Assembly: GCA_965205485.1 (NCBI GenBank)
Contig: OZ242180.1
Location: 2,560,001-2,624,000 of the forward strand
Origin: Candidatus Latescibacterota bacterium
GTDB taxonomy: Bacteria > Latescibacterota > UBA2968 > GCA-2709665
DNA length: 64,000 bases
Reading direction: 5' to 3'
The notes under the pieces were generated by a model. It was given only the letters and a program-made list of their open reading frames with translations. It did not search any database and was not told the origin of the DNA. The position numbers and the translations under genes are program-made. Of the stretch, positions 10,322 to 19,336 are shown one piece after another. Position 1 is the first letter of the stretch. Each line of letters begins with the position of its first letter.

Positions 10322-10672
10322 GACCCAAAGCCAATCAGTGTGATGATACGCCAACGGATGGAATCCGGGCGCTGTTTGTTACCCCCACTCAGTCAATCAC
10401 AGAATAAAACTTCTCCCACTTTGTGTTTTTGTGCCTTTTGTGGCTATTGCTCTTGGTGGATCAATGGCTAAAAGAAGCACAAGAGGCACAGAAGGACCCA
10501 AAGCCAATCAGTGTGATGAAACGCCAACCGTCTGGATGGAATCGGGGCGTTGTTCGTTACCGCCACTCAGTCGGTCACAGAATAAGACCTCTCCCATTTT
10601 GTGTTTTTGTGCCTTTTGTGGCTATTGCTCTTGGTGGTTCAATGGCTAAAAGAAGCACAAAAGGCGCAAAAG
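10294..10672. repeat. Tandem repeat of ~173-178 bp (2.1 units); each unit bounded by inverted arms CCACAAAAAGCACAAAAGGCAC / TTTGTGTTTTTGTGCCTTTTGTGG
   Basis: GGACCCAAAGCCAATCAGTGTGATGA at 10321 and 10494; TGGCTATTGCTCTTGGTGG at 10441 and 10619. Confidence 0.9.
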
Positions 10673-10729
10673 GTATCGGTTCGAAACGGCGTGTGTCGTA
10701 ACGCCGCGATCCCGATACGGAGAAACGAT

Positions 10730-11707
10730 ATGGTGATGTTCTTCTTTCGCCGGGTCGGTCAGATCTTCGTGAGCCTCATCGCGATTCTGATCATCACGTT
10801 CTACCTGATGCACGCCGCGCCGGGCGACTTCTTCAATATCGAACGGCTGATGAACCAGCAGATAACGGGCAGCCGGCTGAGCCAGTTCGAGGAGAAGAGC
10901 CAGACGCTCATGCTTTGGGAGGAGCGCTACGGCGAAAATACGCCCGTCTGGGAGCAGATCCTGATCTATCTGCGGCACGCGGCCGTTCTGGACTTCGGAC
11001 CCTCGTTCCGCTACCCGGATACGACCATCCAGGAAATGATGACGAAGGCCTTCCCGCGGACGTTCGTCCTGGCCTTCTCGCCGATGCTCCTTGCCCTCCT
11101 GATCGGCATACCCATGGGCATCGGGGCGGCGCTGTACCGGAACACGTGGATCGACCGTGTGACCATGTTCGTTTCCATGCTGGGCATCTGCATCCCGTCC
11201 TACGTCATCGCCCTGCTGGTGATCGTCTTCTTCGCCGTGTCGCTTCAGCTGTTTCCCACGTCCGGATGGGGGACCTGGGAGTACGCGGTGCTTCCGGTGA
11301 TGGCGATGGTCTTCCAGCCCGTTGCGGGCATCGCCAGGTACGTCCGGGTGAGCCTGATCAAGGAACTGGGCGAGGACTACGTGCGAACGGTCTTCTCGAA
11401 AGGGGGAAACCGGAACAAGGCCGTCTTCCGCCATGCGTTGCGGAATTCGCTGATCCCCCTGCTGACCATCACCGGACCGCAGTTCGCCAATCTGATGGTG
11501 AGCACGGCGTTTATCGAGGAAATCTTCAATATCCCCGGCCTGGGCAAGCTGTTCGTGGCCGCCGCCGGGACCCGCGATTATCCGATGATCATCACGTCCA
11601 CCCTGTTCTTCGGATTCCTGATCATGCTGATGAACCTGCTGGTGGATATCGGGTACGCGCTGATCGATCCGCGCATCCGGGCAAGCTACCGGCAGAACAG
11701 GGGATGA
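10730..11707 (+). CDS. oppB: Peptide ABC transporter permease
   Basis: APGD, DFGPSF, EDYVRT…KG…HALRNSLIP, EEIFNIPGLG, RDYP, DIGYALIDPRIR. Confidence 0.9.
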   Translation: MVMFFFRRVGQIFVSLIAILIITFYLMHAAPGDFFNIERLMNQQITGSRLSQFEEKSQTLMLWEERYGENTPVWEQILIYLRHAAVLDFGPSFRYPDTTIQEMMTKAFPRTFVLAFSPMLLALLIGIPMGIGAALYRNTWIDRVTMFVSMLGICIPSYVIALLVIVFFAVSLQLFPTSGWGTWEYAVLPVMAMVFQPVAGIARYVRVSLIKELGEDYVRTVFSKGGNRNKAVFRHALRNSLIPLLTITGPQFANLMVSTAFIEEIFNIPGLGKLFVAAAGTRDYPMIITSTLFFGFLIMLMNLLVDIGYALIDPRIRASYRQNRG

Positions 11708-11740
11708 CAATTTGACCTATCTTGTTAAAAAACAAACTTA

Positions 11741-12012
11741 CATGGATAGACAGGATAGACAGGATAAGAATCAACAAAACCGATCAGGATTAAAGGGATT
11801 GACAGGATTAAGCAGGATTAGAAGCCAAGAACAAGGTCAAAACCGACCAGGATTAGGCAGGATTAGAAACAGGAGCAGGGACAAAACCGATCAGGATTGA
11901 ACAGGATTAGAACACAGGAGCAGGGTCAAAACCGATAAGCAGGATCAGGACCAAAACCGATGCAGGATAGAAAGAATTGGAACCAAACCAATCACGATTA
12001 ACAGGATTAAAA
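11741..12012. repeat. Low-complexity array of (A)CAGGAT(T/A) 7-10-mer units with larger AAAACCGA…CAGGAT subrepeats
   Basis: More than 10 CAGGAT occurrences between oppB and oppC. Confidence 0.85.
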
Positions 12013-12097
12013 GCCAGGAGTGGCGACTACGCCTGGCACGAGCGTCGTGCGACCGACGGAAATCTGCCCTCTTTCACGAAGTGATCCAAAAATATCC

Positions 12098-12242
12098 GGA
12101 GCGAGGGCATCCTGCCCTCGAACTTCGAGTAACCGACGGATTTCCACATCAAGGGCCAATTGCTTCCCATCCGAAACCACATCTGGAATGACGGCGCAAA
12201 GTCCATTCCCATTCGCCGTCGAGGGCAGGATGCCCTCGCTCC
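12098..12242. repeat. REPIN-like element, copy 1 (inverted pair of GGAG-CGAGGGCA-TCC-TGCCCTCG REPs)
   Basis: 23-bp arms in inverted orientation; interior homologous to 21054-21204 and 55898-56046. Confidence 0.9.
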
Positions 12243-12373
12243 GGTTACAGGTGTAACTTTAGTGATGCGGGACAGGATGGGCTCGGCGTTAACGCGAATT
12301 AATCGAAATACAACCGGCTATTCAACACAACCACCGGTCTTCGTGGATGATTTACCTTTGAAGGAGATAGCGC

Positions 12374-13273
12374 ATGTCTGCGTTGAATCCGTCCGACCGC
12401 CTGCTGTCGGATGCAGATGAGTCGTCGCCTCCGCCGCGGATTTCGTACTGGGGCGCCGTCTGGCGGCGATTCGCCTCGAACCGGCTGGCCGTTCTGAGCC
12501 TGGGGTTCGTGATCGCGATGGTTCTGGCAGCGGCCCTGGCGGACACCATCGCGCCGTACGGGTATAACCAGATCGACCTGGACAACGCGTACCAGCCGCC
12601 GTCCTGGAGTCACATCGCCGGGACCGACGAGGTGGGGCGTGACATCTTCAGCCGTCTGATCTTCAGCCTTCAGACGGCCCTGGCCGTCGCATTCGGCGCC
12701 ACCGTGATTTCGGTGGCGATCGGCGGGCTTATCGGCGCGGTCGCGGGCTACGCGGGCGGTGTCGTGGACAACGTGCTGATGCGGTTTACGGACGTGATGT
12801 ACGCGTTTCCGGGGTTCCTGTTCAGCATTATCCTGGTGTCTGTCCTGGGCCGCGGTATCGTGACGATCTTCATCGCCATCGCCGCCACAAGCTGGGTGGG
12901 GTTCGCCCGGCTGATGCGCGCCCAGGTCCTGTCCATCAAGAACCTCGAATACGTGGAGTCGGCGCGGGCGCTCGGGGCAACACACCGATACGCGATCCGG
13001 CGTTACGTGCTCCCAAACTCATTCGGCCCGCTGATCGTCGCGATCGCCTTCATGGTCCCCGGCCTGATGATGACGGAGTCGGCGCTGAGCCTGCTCGGTC
13101 TGGGGGTGATGCCTCCCCGGCCGAGTTGGGGCGTCCTGATCCAGGTGGGGAGCCTGAATTTCAGGGCCTTTCCCTATCAGCTCACGTGGCCGGCCGCCAC
13201 GTTCGCGCTCGCGCTGCTTTCATTTACGTATCTGGGCGACGGGCTGAACGACGCGTTCAATCCCAAAGAGTAA
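12374..13273 (+). CDS. oppC: Peptide ABC transporter permease
   Basis: WRRFASNRLA, GTDEVGRDIFSRL, EYVESARALGA, ESALSLLGLG, GDGLNDAFNPK; RBS AAGGAG. Confidence 0.92.
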   Translation: MSALNPSDRLLSDADESSPPPRISYWGAVWRRFASNRLAVLSLGFVIAMVLAAALADTIAPYGYNQIDLDNAYQPPSWSHIAGTDEVGRDIFSRLIFSLQTALAVAFGATVISVAIGGLIGAVAGYAGGVVDNVLMRFTDVMYAFPGFLFSIILVSVLGRGIVTIFIAIAATSWVGFARLMRAQVLSIKNLEYVESARALGATHRYAIRRYVLPNSFGPLIVAIAFMVPGLMMTESALSLLGLGVMPPRPSWGVLIQVGSLNFRAFPYQLTWPAATFALALLSFTYLGDGLNDAFNPKE

Positions 13274-13300
13274 GTCCTTCCCTCTGTGCGAGGCAGGTTC

Positions 13301-14257
13301 GTGTCCACTCTGCTTGAGATCCGTAATCTGAAGACGTACTTCTACCGCCGCGACGGCGTGGTGAGAGCGGTGGACGGGATTTCGTACGAGGTTGGGGAAA
13401 GGGAGAGCGTGGGGATCGTCGGGGAAAGCGGCAGCGGCAAGAGCGTGAGCATGTTGTCCGTTGTGAGACTGATTGGCGGAAGCGGAAAGATCGAAGCCGG
13501 CGAGGTGGTCTTCGGGGGACGAAATCTGCTCGAACTGGATGAAAGGGCGCTTCAGGAAATTCGCGGCAGCGACGTCGGGTTCATCTTTCAGAACCCCCAG
13601 ACTTCCCTGAACCCGACGATGCGCAGCGGCCCGCAGATCGCGGAACCCCTGTTGTGGCACGGTCGCGCCGACCGGAAGCGATCCTTCGAGCGCGCGGTGT
13701 CGCTGCTGGAAGAGGTGGGCATTCCCGCGCCGGCGTCGCGGTACCGGAACTACCCGTTCGAACTGTCGGGAGGGATGAAGCAGCGCGTGATGATCGCGAT
13801 GGCGTTGAGCTGCGAGCCGAAGCTGATGATCGCCGACGAACCCACCACGGCGCTGGACGTCACCACGCAGGCGCAGATCATGGATCTGTTGAACAGGATG
13901 AAGGCGTCGTACGGCATGTCCACCGTGCTGATTACGCACGATTTCGGCCTGGCCGTGGAGTTCAGCGACAGGATCGTCGTCATGTACGCGGGCAGGGTTG
14001 CCGAAATCGCGCCCGTCCGCGAATTTCTGAATTCCCCCAGGCACCCGTATTCCATCGGGCTGCTGGAAAACGCGAAGATGGTCCGGGGGCGTCTGGATAC
14101 CATCCCCGGGCAACCGCCTGACATGACCCGGCCGCCTTCCGGTTGCCGCTTCCATCCGCGCTGCCCCCGCGCGACGGACCGGTGCCGGGAAGAGCACCCC
14201 GGTATGACCCGGATGTCGGACGACCATTCCGTCTTCTGCTGGCACCACGAAGGGTGA
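13301..14257 (+). CDS. oppD: Peptide ABC transporter ATP-binding protein
   Basis: GESGSGKS, LSGGMKQR, IADEPTTALD, HPYS, CRFHPRC…C…C. Confidence 0.92.
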   Translation: MSTLLEIRNLKTYFYRRDGVVRAVDGISYEVGERESVGIVGESGSGKSVSMLSVVRLIGGSGKIEAGEVVFGGRNLLELDERALQEIRGSDVGFIFQNPQTSLNPTMRSGPQIAEPLLWHGRADRKRSFERAVSLLEEVGIPAPASRYRNYPFELSGGMKQRVMIAMALSCEPKLMIADEPTTALDVTTQAQIMDLLNRMKASYGMSTVLITHDFGLAVEFSDRIVVMYAGRVAEIAPVREFLNSPRHPYSIGLLENAKMVRGRLDTIPGQPPDMTRPPSGCRFHPRCPRATDRCREEHPGMTRMSDDHSVFCWHHEG

Positions 14258-14278
14258 GTTGGCATCTCGCGTAGTTAG

Positions 14279-14493
14279 CCTTGACCGCAATTATTCGGGG
14301 ACCTGAATGTCGGATATTTTCAGAAGAACAGAGGCGAATTGGCGTCAATGGTCCCGGATACTTGAGCTCACTGGACGTGAAGGGAGATTTCATCCATTTG
14401 AACGACCTCAATACCCCGTTTTCCCACCCTCAACTTCTGTGCCTATTGTGCTTTTTGTGGTAAATTAACGGTTGTCTTTTTTTCGAATCAAGG
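14279..14493 (+). mobile_element. MITE-like element (ends CCTTGA…TCAAGG; flanks TTAG/TTAA)
   Basis: Collinear with 58166-58356 (TTCGGGGAC, AGGCGA, GGATAC, TCACT, TGAAGGGA, CCCCGTTT); terminal inverted repeats. Confidence 0.7.
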
Positions 14494-16821
14494 TTAAAAG
14501 TCCTTCAGCAGGCCCGCCCTGTCCGCGTAGTCGAAAAACCGAAGCAGATCGCGCCAGATGACGCTGATGGAGTCGCCCGTCGCGCGGACGACCTCGCAGC
14601 CGAATCTCGTCTTTTCCAAATGCCCGACGGACGGGAAGGTCGAAATCATATTCATCTCGATGTCCCGCAGACCGGCGTGCACGTACTTCTCGTCACCGGT
14701 GATTTCCCACCCGTAACCGATACTTTCCCGGAGGGCGGAAAAACCGATGTAGCTCATCGGCGTCTCGTTTCCGGGCATGGACAGATAGAGCCCCTCCGGC
14801 GTTCGAACGTCCTCGCTTGCCAGAAAGTCGCACAACCTCAGGAACGAGTCCCTGCTGACGGGGTTTCCGAAGGTCTGGTAGTGGTATGCCAGCCCGGTAG
14901 CGGCGATGCTGCCCATCACCGCCTGCTGGTAGGGGATGGGGCCCCAGCCGCCGCTGCAGCCGCCGTTGGGTTCCAGCGGGTCCGGTCCCTCTGTAAAAGA
15001 AGCCGCAATCGTCTCCGCGGCCTCCGCGTACCGCTCTTCCCCCGTTGCCCGGTACACGCTGCACAGCGCGATCAACGGCCACCCCCGGTCCCTCGCGCCG
15101 CGCCGCCCCCCGCCCCCCGCCACCTTCCTGCAGATCAGATCCGCCACGCCGCGCGCGGATTCCAGCGCCGGCGTATACCCGCAATAGTAGTAGTACGATA
15201 GAAATCCCTCCGCCCACATGTGCGAGAGGTGGCAGTTGGGCTTCCCGTCCGCCCCGACGTGGTAGGCGCCATGGGAGGTCCATCCGCCCTGCTCGTCGAA
15301 GTGATCGTCGAAGTGGATGATGTCCAGGTCCATCACGTGCCGGATCGCGGATTCGAAGGCGTCGAGATAGAGGTAATTGCCGGTGCGTACAAGCTGGAGG
15401 TACACGGTCTGGCCGAAGTCGTGCTCACAATTGGCCATGAAATCCAGGCGTCCCCACGATGCGCTCATCAGCTGCTCGTAGTCGCCGTAGTCCATCATGC
15501 CCAGGCGCCGGTCGTATCCCAGGAATTGCTCGAATTCCAGGCGGAACTTCTGTTCGATGCCCTTGTATTTCCCGGGCTGATAGCGGAACACGGGCCCGAC
15601 CGCGCCGGAGTCGATAAACCAGTCCGGAGAAGAGAAGACCACGGGAAACTGATACGCGAAGTGCCAGTCCGCCAGCCGCGCCTCGGGCGGCGTCCCCGTG
15701 TACGCCCGCAGCTTGACCTGATGCGACTTGGCCTGTCCCTGGAAGATCGCGAGCGGCCCCGCGGCTTCGGGCCAGAGATCCAGGACGATTCTGCCGGCGT
15801 CCGCGGAAAACCCCTTGGGCCACTGCTGGACGAACTTCCGGACCGAGGCCGCGACCCCGCCTTCGCCGTCTCCCGCGGAAACCCACCCGTGCGACCGGCC
15901 GATCTGCGATTCGCCGTCGTCCACGTCGGCGTCGATCATGGCGTCGTACATGGCCGTACGCGGGGCGTCGGTCAACAGCCCCCGAATCGGCCGGGCCGAC
16001 GTGATCAGGCCCTGGTTCCCGACCGTGGCGATGGGACAGGTTGCGAATTCGTCGGCGCCGCCGACGGCGTGTTCCACGACAAGCCGCACCGCCCGCAGCT
16101 GCCGCAGACGCGGACTTTCCAGGTCCACGCTCGGGGTACCGATCCCCTGGGCCAGTTTCCGCCGTTCCGGAACGTCCCGGTAGGGCTCATCGTGGATGAA
16201 CTGGTACTCCACCTCCAGGTCCTCGGCGCCCGCGAATACCGTCACCCGGAAAACGAGTGAAAACAGCTTTTGACCGGCCTCGTCACGGTGCGTGCCCTTC
16301 CTGCTCACGACCAGCATCTTGCCGGTGGATCTCTCAATGCGGGGTTCTCCCTCGAGCCGGCTCGAGTATACGACGCCGGACTCGTCTTCGATCTGTGCGC
16401 TGACCGTCCGGATACACGCCCGGTCTCTCCTGTTGCAGTCAACCAGAAACGCCTTTCCGGAAGCGGGAAGCACAAATCGCAAAACGCCGTTGTCGACCTC
16501 GATTCCCGCCTCTGTTTCCGAAACCGTTATCCCGGGTCCCGTATCGGGTTCCGGCGAGTCGTCCGTCCACGTCAGCCCATAGTGCTTCCGTCCATTGCGG
16601 TCAAAGTGTACCGGAAACTGAAGCAGCACCCACTTCTGGGACCCGTCGGGCCATCGTGCCAACACTTCCGAAGCGAAAGGCAGGTCCCTGCCGGTCTCGT
16701 CCTTCAGGGCCAGCCTCGCGGAATCCGTCAGAGATCCCTCCGGGAACGGGAGTCCCCTGCACAGCCACTCTCCACGGCGCGGCACCCGGATTTCGTTCGC
16801 CAGCGTGATATCTACGGCCAT
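14494..16821 (-). CDS. Large glycan-lyase-like protein (PcRGLX/YetA-like: N-terminal RIFT barrel, beta-sandwich, alpha/alpha toroid)
   Basis: GLPFPEG…LARWPDGSQKWVLL N-terminus; GMMDYGD, HVMDLDIIH, SHMWAEG, RDRGWPL toroid motifs; no signal peptide. Confidence 0.65.
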   Translation of the reverse strand: MAVDITLANEIRVPRRGEWLCRGLPFPEGSLTDSARLALKDETGRDLPFASEVLARWPDGSQKWVLLQFPVHFDRNGRKHYGLTWTDDSPEPDTGPGITVSETEAGIEVDNGVLRFVLPASGKAFLVDCNRRDRACIRTVSAQIEDESGVVYSSRLEGEPRIERSTGKMLVVSRKGTHRDEAGQKLFSLVFRVTVFAGAEDLEVEYQFIHDEPYRDVPERRKLAQGIGTPSVDLESPRLRQLRAVRLVVEHAVGGADEFATCPIATVGNQGLITSARPIRGLLTDAPRTAMYDAMIDADVDDGESQIGRSHGWVSAGDGEGGVAASVRKFVQQWPKGFSADAGRIVLDLWPEAAGPLAIFQGQAKSHQVKLRAYTGTPPEARLADWHFAYQFPVVFSSPDWFIDSGAVGPVFRYQPGKYKGIEQKFRLEFEQFLGYDRRLGMMDYGDYEQLMSASWGRLDFMANCEHDFGQTVYLQLVRTGNYLYLDAFESAIRHVMDLDIIHFDDHFDEQGGWTSHGAYHVGADGKPNCHLSHMWAEGFLSYYYYCGYTPALESARGVADLICRKVAGGGGRRGARDRGWPLIALCSVYRATGEERYAEAAETIAASFTEGPDPLEPNGGCSGGWGPIPYQQAVMGSIAATGLAYHYQTFGNPVSRDSFLRLCDFLASEDVRTPEGLYLSMPGNETPMSYIGFSALRESIGYGWEITGDEKYVHAGLRDIEMNMISTFPSVGHLEKTRFGCEVVRATGDSISVIWRDLLRFFDYADRAGLLKDF

Positions 16822-17065
16822 GAGACGATCCTTTCAGTATCGGTTCGCTGTGTGAACGCAGTTACGTCGTTCCCGGGGTGTCCTCGGCCCTGAATGTGCT
16901 TGCATCCGGTGTTACCCGGACCTACTTTTCGGCGTCGTGCCGGGGATGCCGGGAACAAGTCGAAACGCCTGAAGTTGCCGATCCAATATAAGTCGCGTTT
17001 ATTCGGGTTTCAAATCCTATTCCCGGTCTCCACACCGGAAGGACGATACATTCACGGGCGGTGCC

Positions 17066-18025
17066 ATGTCTGAACCGTTGTTGCGGGTTGTGGACCTGAA
17101 GATGCATTTCCACCAGGGCCGGGACGTGGTGAGGGCCGTGGACGGGGTGACGTTTCAGATCCACGGCAACCAGACCTTCGGCCTGGTCGGAGAGAGCGGC
17201 AGCGGCAAGTCGACCCTCGCCCGCGCGGTCCTGCGACTGTACGAGCCCACCGCGGGAAGGGTGTATTTCGAGGGGCGCGACGTGAGCGCGCTTTCCGGCC
17301 GGGAACTGCGCGCGCTTCGGAGGGAAATGCAGATTGTGTTTCAGGACCCACTGGCGTCGCTGAATCCGATGATGTGCGTGGGCGACATCGTTGGCGACGC
17401 CCTGAAGATCCACAGGGTGGGCACAAAGCGGGAACGGGAGGAATCGGTCGGACGGTTGCTGGACCTCGTCGGCGTGGGGCGGCGGTTCGCGGACGCGTTT
17501 CCACACGAGTTCTCCGGCGGTCAGCAGCAGCGCGTCGCCATCGCCCGCGCGCTGGCACTGCAACCCCGGTTCGTGATCTGCGACGAGCCCGTCTCCTCGC
17601 TGGATCTTTCCATCCAGGCGCAGATTCTGAACCTTCTGGAATCCCTGCAGGAACGCTTCGGTCTGGCGTACCTGTTCATTTCTCACGATCTGAAAGTCGT
17701 CGAGCATCTTTCGGACGTCGTGGGCGTCATGTACCTCGGGAAGCTCGTGGAGGTCGGGCCGACGGAAGCGCTGTACGGGCGTCCCCGCCATCCTTATACG
17801 CGGATTCTGCTGTCGTCGGCGCCGCGTCTGGACCCGGATGCACAGTCGGAGCGGATCATCCTGGAGGGGGAGGTGCCGAGCCCGATCGATCCCCCGACGG
17901 GCTGTGCTTTTCATCCGAGGTGCCCTTATCGTATGGACCGGTGCAGCCGGGAGACGCCGCAGCTGACGCAGGTCGGGCCGGGACATCAGGCCGCGTGCTT
18001 TCTCACGGAAGGAGGAGACGAATGA
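17066..18025 (+). CDS. oppF: Peptide ABC transporter ATP-binding protein
   Basis: GESGSGKST, QIVFQDPLASLNP, FSGGQQQR, CDEPVSSLD, GEVPSPIDPPTGCAFHPRC. Confidence 0.92.
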   Translation: MSEPLLRVVDLKMHFHQGRDVVRAVDGVTFQIHGNQTFGLVGESGSGKSTLARAVLRLYEPTAGRVYFEGRDVSALSGRELRALRREMQIVFQDPLASLNPMMCVGDIVGDALKIHRVGTKREREESVGRLLDLVGVGRRFADAFPHEFSGGQQQRVAIARALALQPRFVICDEPVSSLDLSIQAQILNLLESLQERFGLAYLFISHDLKVVEHLSDVVGVMYLGKLVEVGPTEALYGRPRHPYTRILLSSAPRLDPDAQSERIILEGEVPSPIDPPTGCAFHPRCPYRMDRCSRETPQLTQVGPGHQAACFLTEGGDE

Positions 18026-19287
18026 AACCGGAACGGGTCCACGTGACGTATGCGCAGCCCGCGTCGCCGCGTTTCGAAGTGGAGATGATTACGGATACGG
18101 CGGGGCACCTGCAGACCGGAGGCAGCGGCGCGAGCTGCTGGGGGTACAACCAGTCCAACATCGTCCGCGCGGGCGAGGAAGTCTATGCGCTGAGCTGGCG
18201 GGACGATATGACGCTTGTGGTGTTCCGGCGCGTCGACGACGGGCGGTGGGAAGCAAGCGACCCCCTGCCTCCTGTGCCGCAGAACGGCAACCTGCTTGTT
18301 GACGGCGCCGGTCGGCTGCACGTGATCGCGGGCGAGAACGCCAGCTACCACGCCATCTTCGACCCACCCGGACAGGTCGAGAGGTTCACGATTCAGGAAT
18401 ACGCCACCGCGGACAGCCGCTTCGGCGCGTCGATCGACGCCGACCGGATCTTCGTCGCCGGCGGGCTGCCAACCATGGCCTGGTACGTGCTGGACCCGAA
18501 TACAGGCTATCGTCCGGCGGCGTCGGGCAGCGTGACACACGAGCAGAACCGCGGGTACAACTTCGTGATCCTCAGCGGCTCCGAGGCGCATTCGATCTCC
18601 AGCGACGACTATTTCCTGGCGGGCGAGCAGTTTCCCAACCAGACGATAAAGCTGAGGGACCGGGAAACCGGCGAGATCAGCATGGTCGAGACGCCCCGCG
18701 GCATCTACCCTGTCCTGAAGGCGTATTATTACTACTGCCCGGACGTGTTCGAATCCCCGGAAGACTGGCGGATGACGGTTATCAGCGACGTGTCCGATAC
18801 ATTCGACGGCCGCGCCAGGGGCACGACCGATCATCAGGACCTGATGATGGACATGCAGGGGCGGGTGCACTTCACGTACTACGAAAACCGGCAGCCGGCC
18901 ACCACCGTGTGGGCGGGCCGCGGGCAGGACCCCGGGAACAGCCGGCTCTACCACGCGGTCGGGGAACCCGGCGGGCCGTTCGAACACTTCTGTATGGGCA
19001 ACTTCAACGGAGGGCGGGTCTACCAGGCGCCGGACGGCCGGTTCCACTACTTCCTGACGCGGGGGGGCAGAGGCAACGCGGAGGGGGTCTGGTACGCCGA
19101 AGGCGAAGACGGTCGGTGGGACCGGATCAGCGAACCGGTTCAGCTGGAAATGCCATCCCGGCTGTGGCACTTTTTTACCAACACAACGCGTGCCGGCGGA
19201 ACCCATGCGCCCTTTATGGATTGCTACTGGACGGGGCCTTCCGAGCAGAACAGCAACGAGGTGTTCTACGGACGATTGACACCGTGA
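18022..19287 (+). CDS. Hypothetical protein, probably beta-propeller/BNR-like
   Basis: RBS GGAGG and ATGA coupling to oppF; beta-rich repeats (LLVDGAGRLHV, MMDMQGRVHF, QAPDGRFHY). Confidence 0.7.
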   Translation: MKPERVHVTYAQPASPRFEVEMITDTAGHLQTGGSGASCWGYNQSNIVRAGEEVYALSWRDDMTLVVFRRVDDGRWEASDPLPPVPQNGNLLVDGAGRLHVIAGENASYHAIFDPPGQVERFTIQEYATADSRFGASIDADRIFVAGGLPTMAWYVLDPNTGYRPAASGSVTHEQNRGYNFVILSGSEAHSISSDDYFLAGEQFPNQTIKLRDRETGEISMVETPRGIYPVLKAYYYYCPDVFESPEDWRMTVISDVSDTFDGRARGTTDHQDLMMDMQGRVHFTYYENRQPATTVWAGRGQDPGNSRLYHAVGEPGGPFEHFCMGNFNGGRVYQAPDGRFHYFLTRGGRGNAEGVWYAEGEDGRWDRISEPVQLEMPSRLWHFFTNTTRAGGTHAPFMDCYWTGPSEQNSNEVFYGRLTP

Positions 19288-19336
19288 ACGCGGGATGATT
19301 GAAGCAATTTCCGGAAACGTGCTCCGGACGCGTCAA

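Noticed and set aside
10294..10672. Possible CRISPR array
   Set aside because: The whole ~175-bp unit is duplicated; there are no unique spacers
11712..11900. 62-aa ORF with QDRQD repeats
   Set aside because: Translation of the CAGGAT low-complexity array
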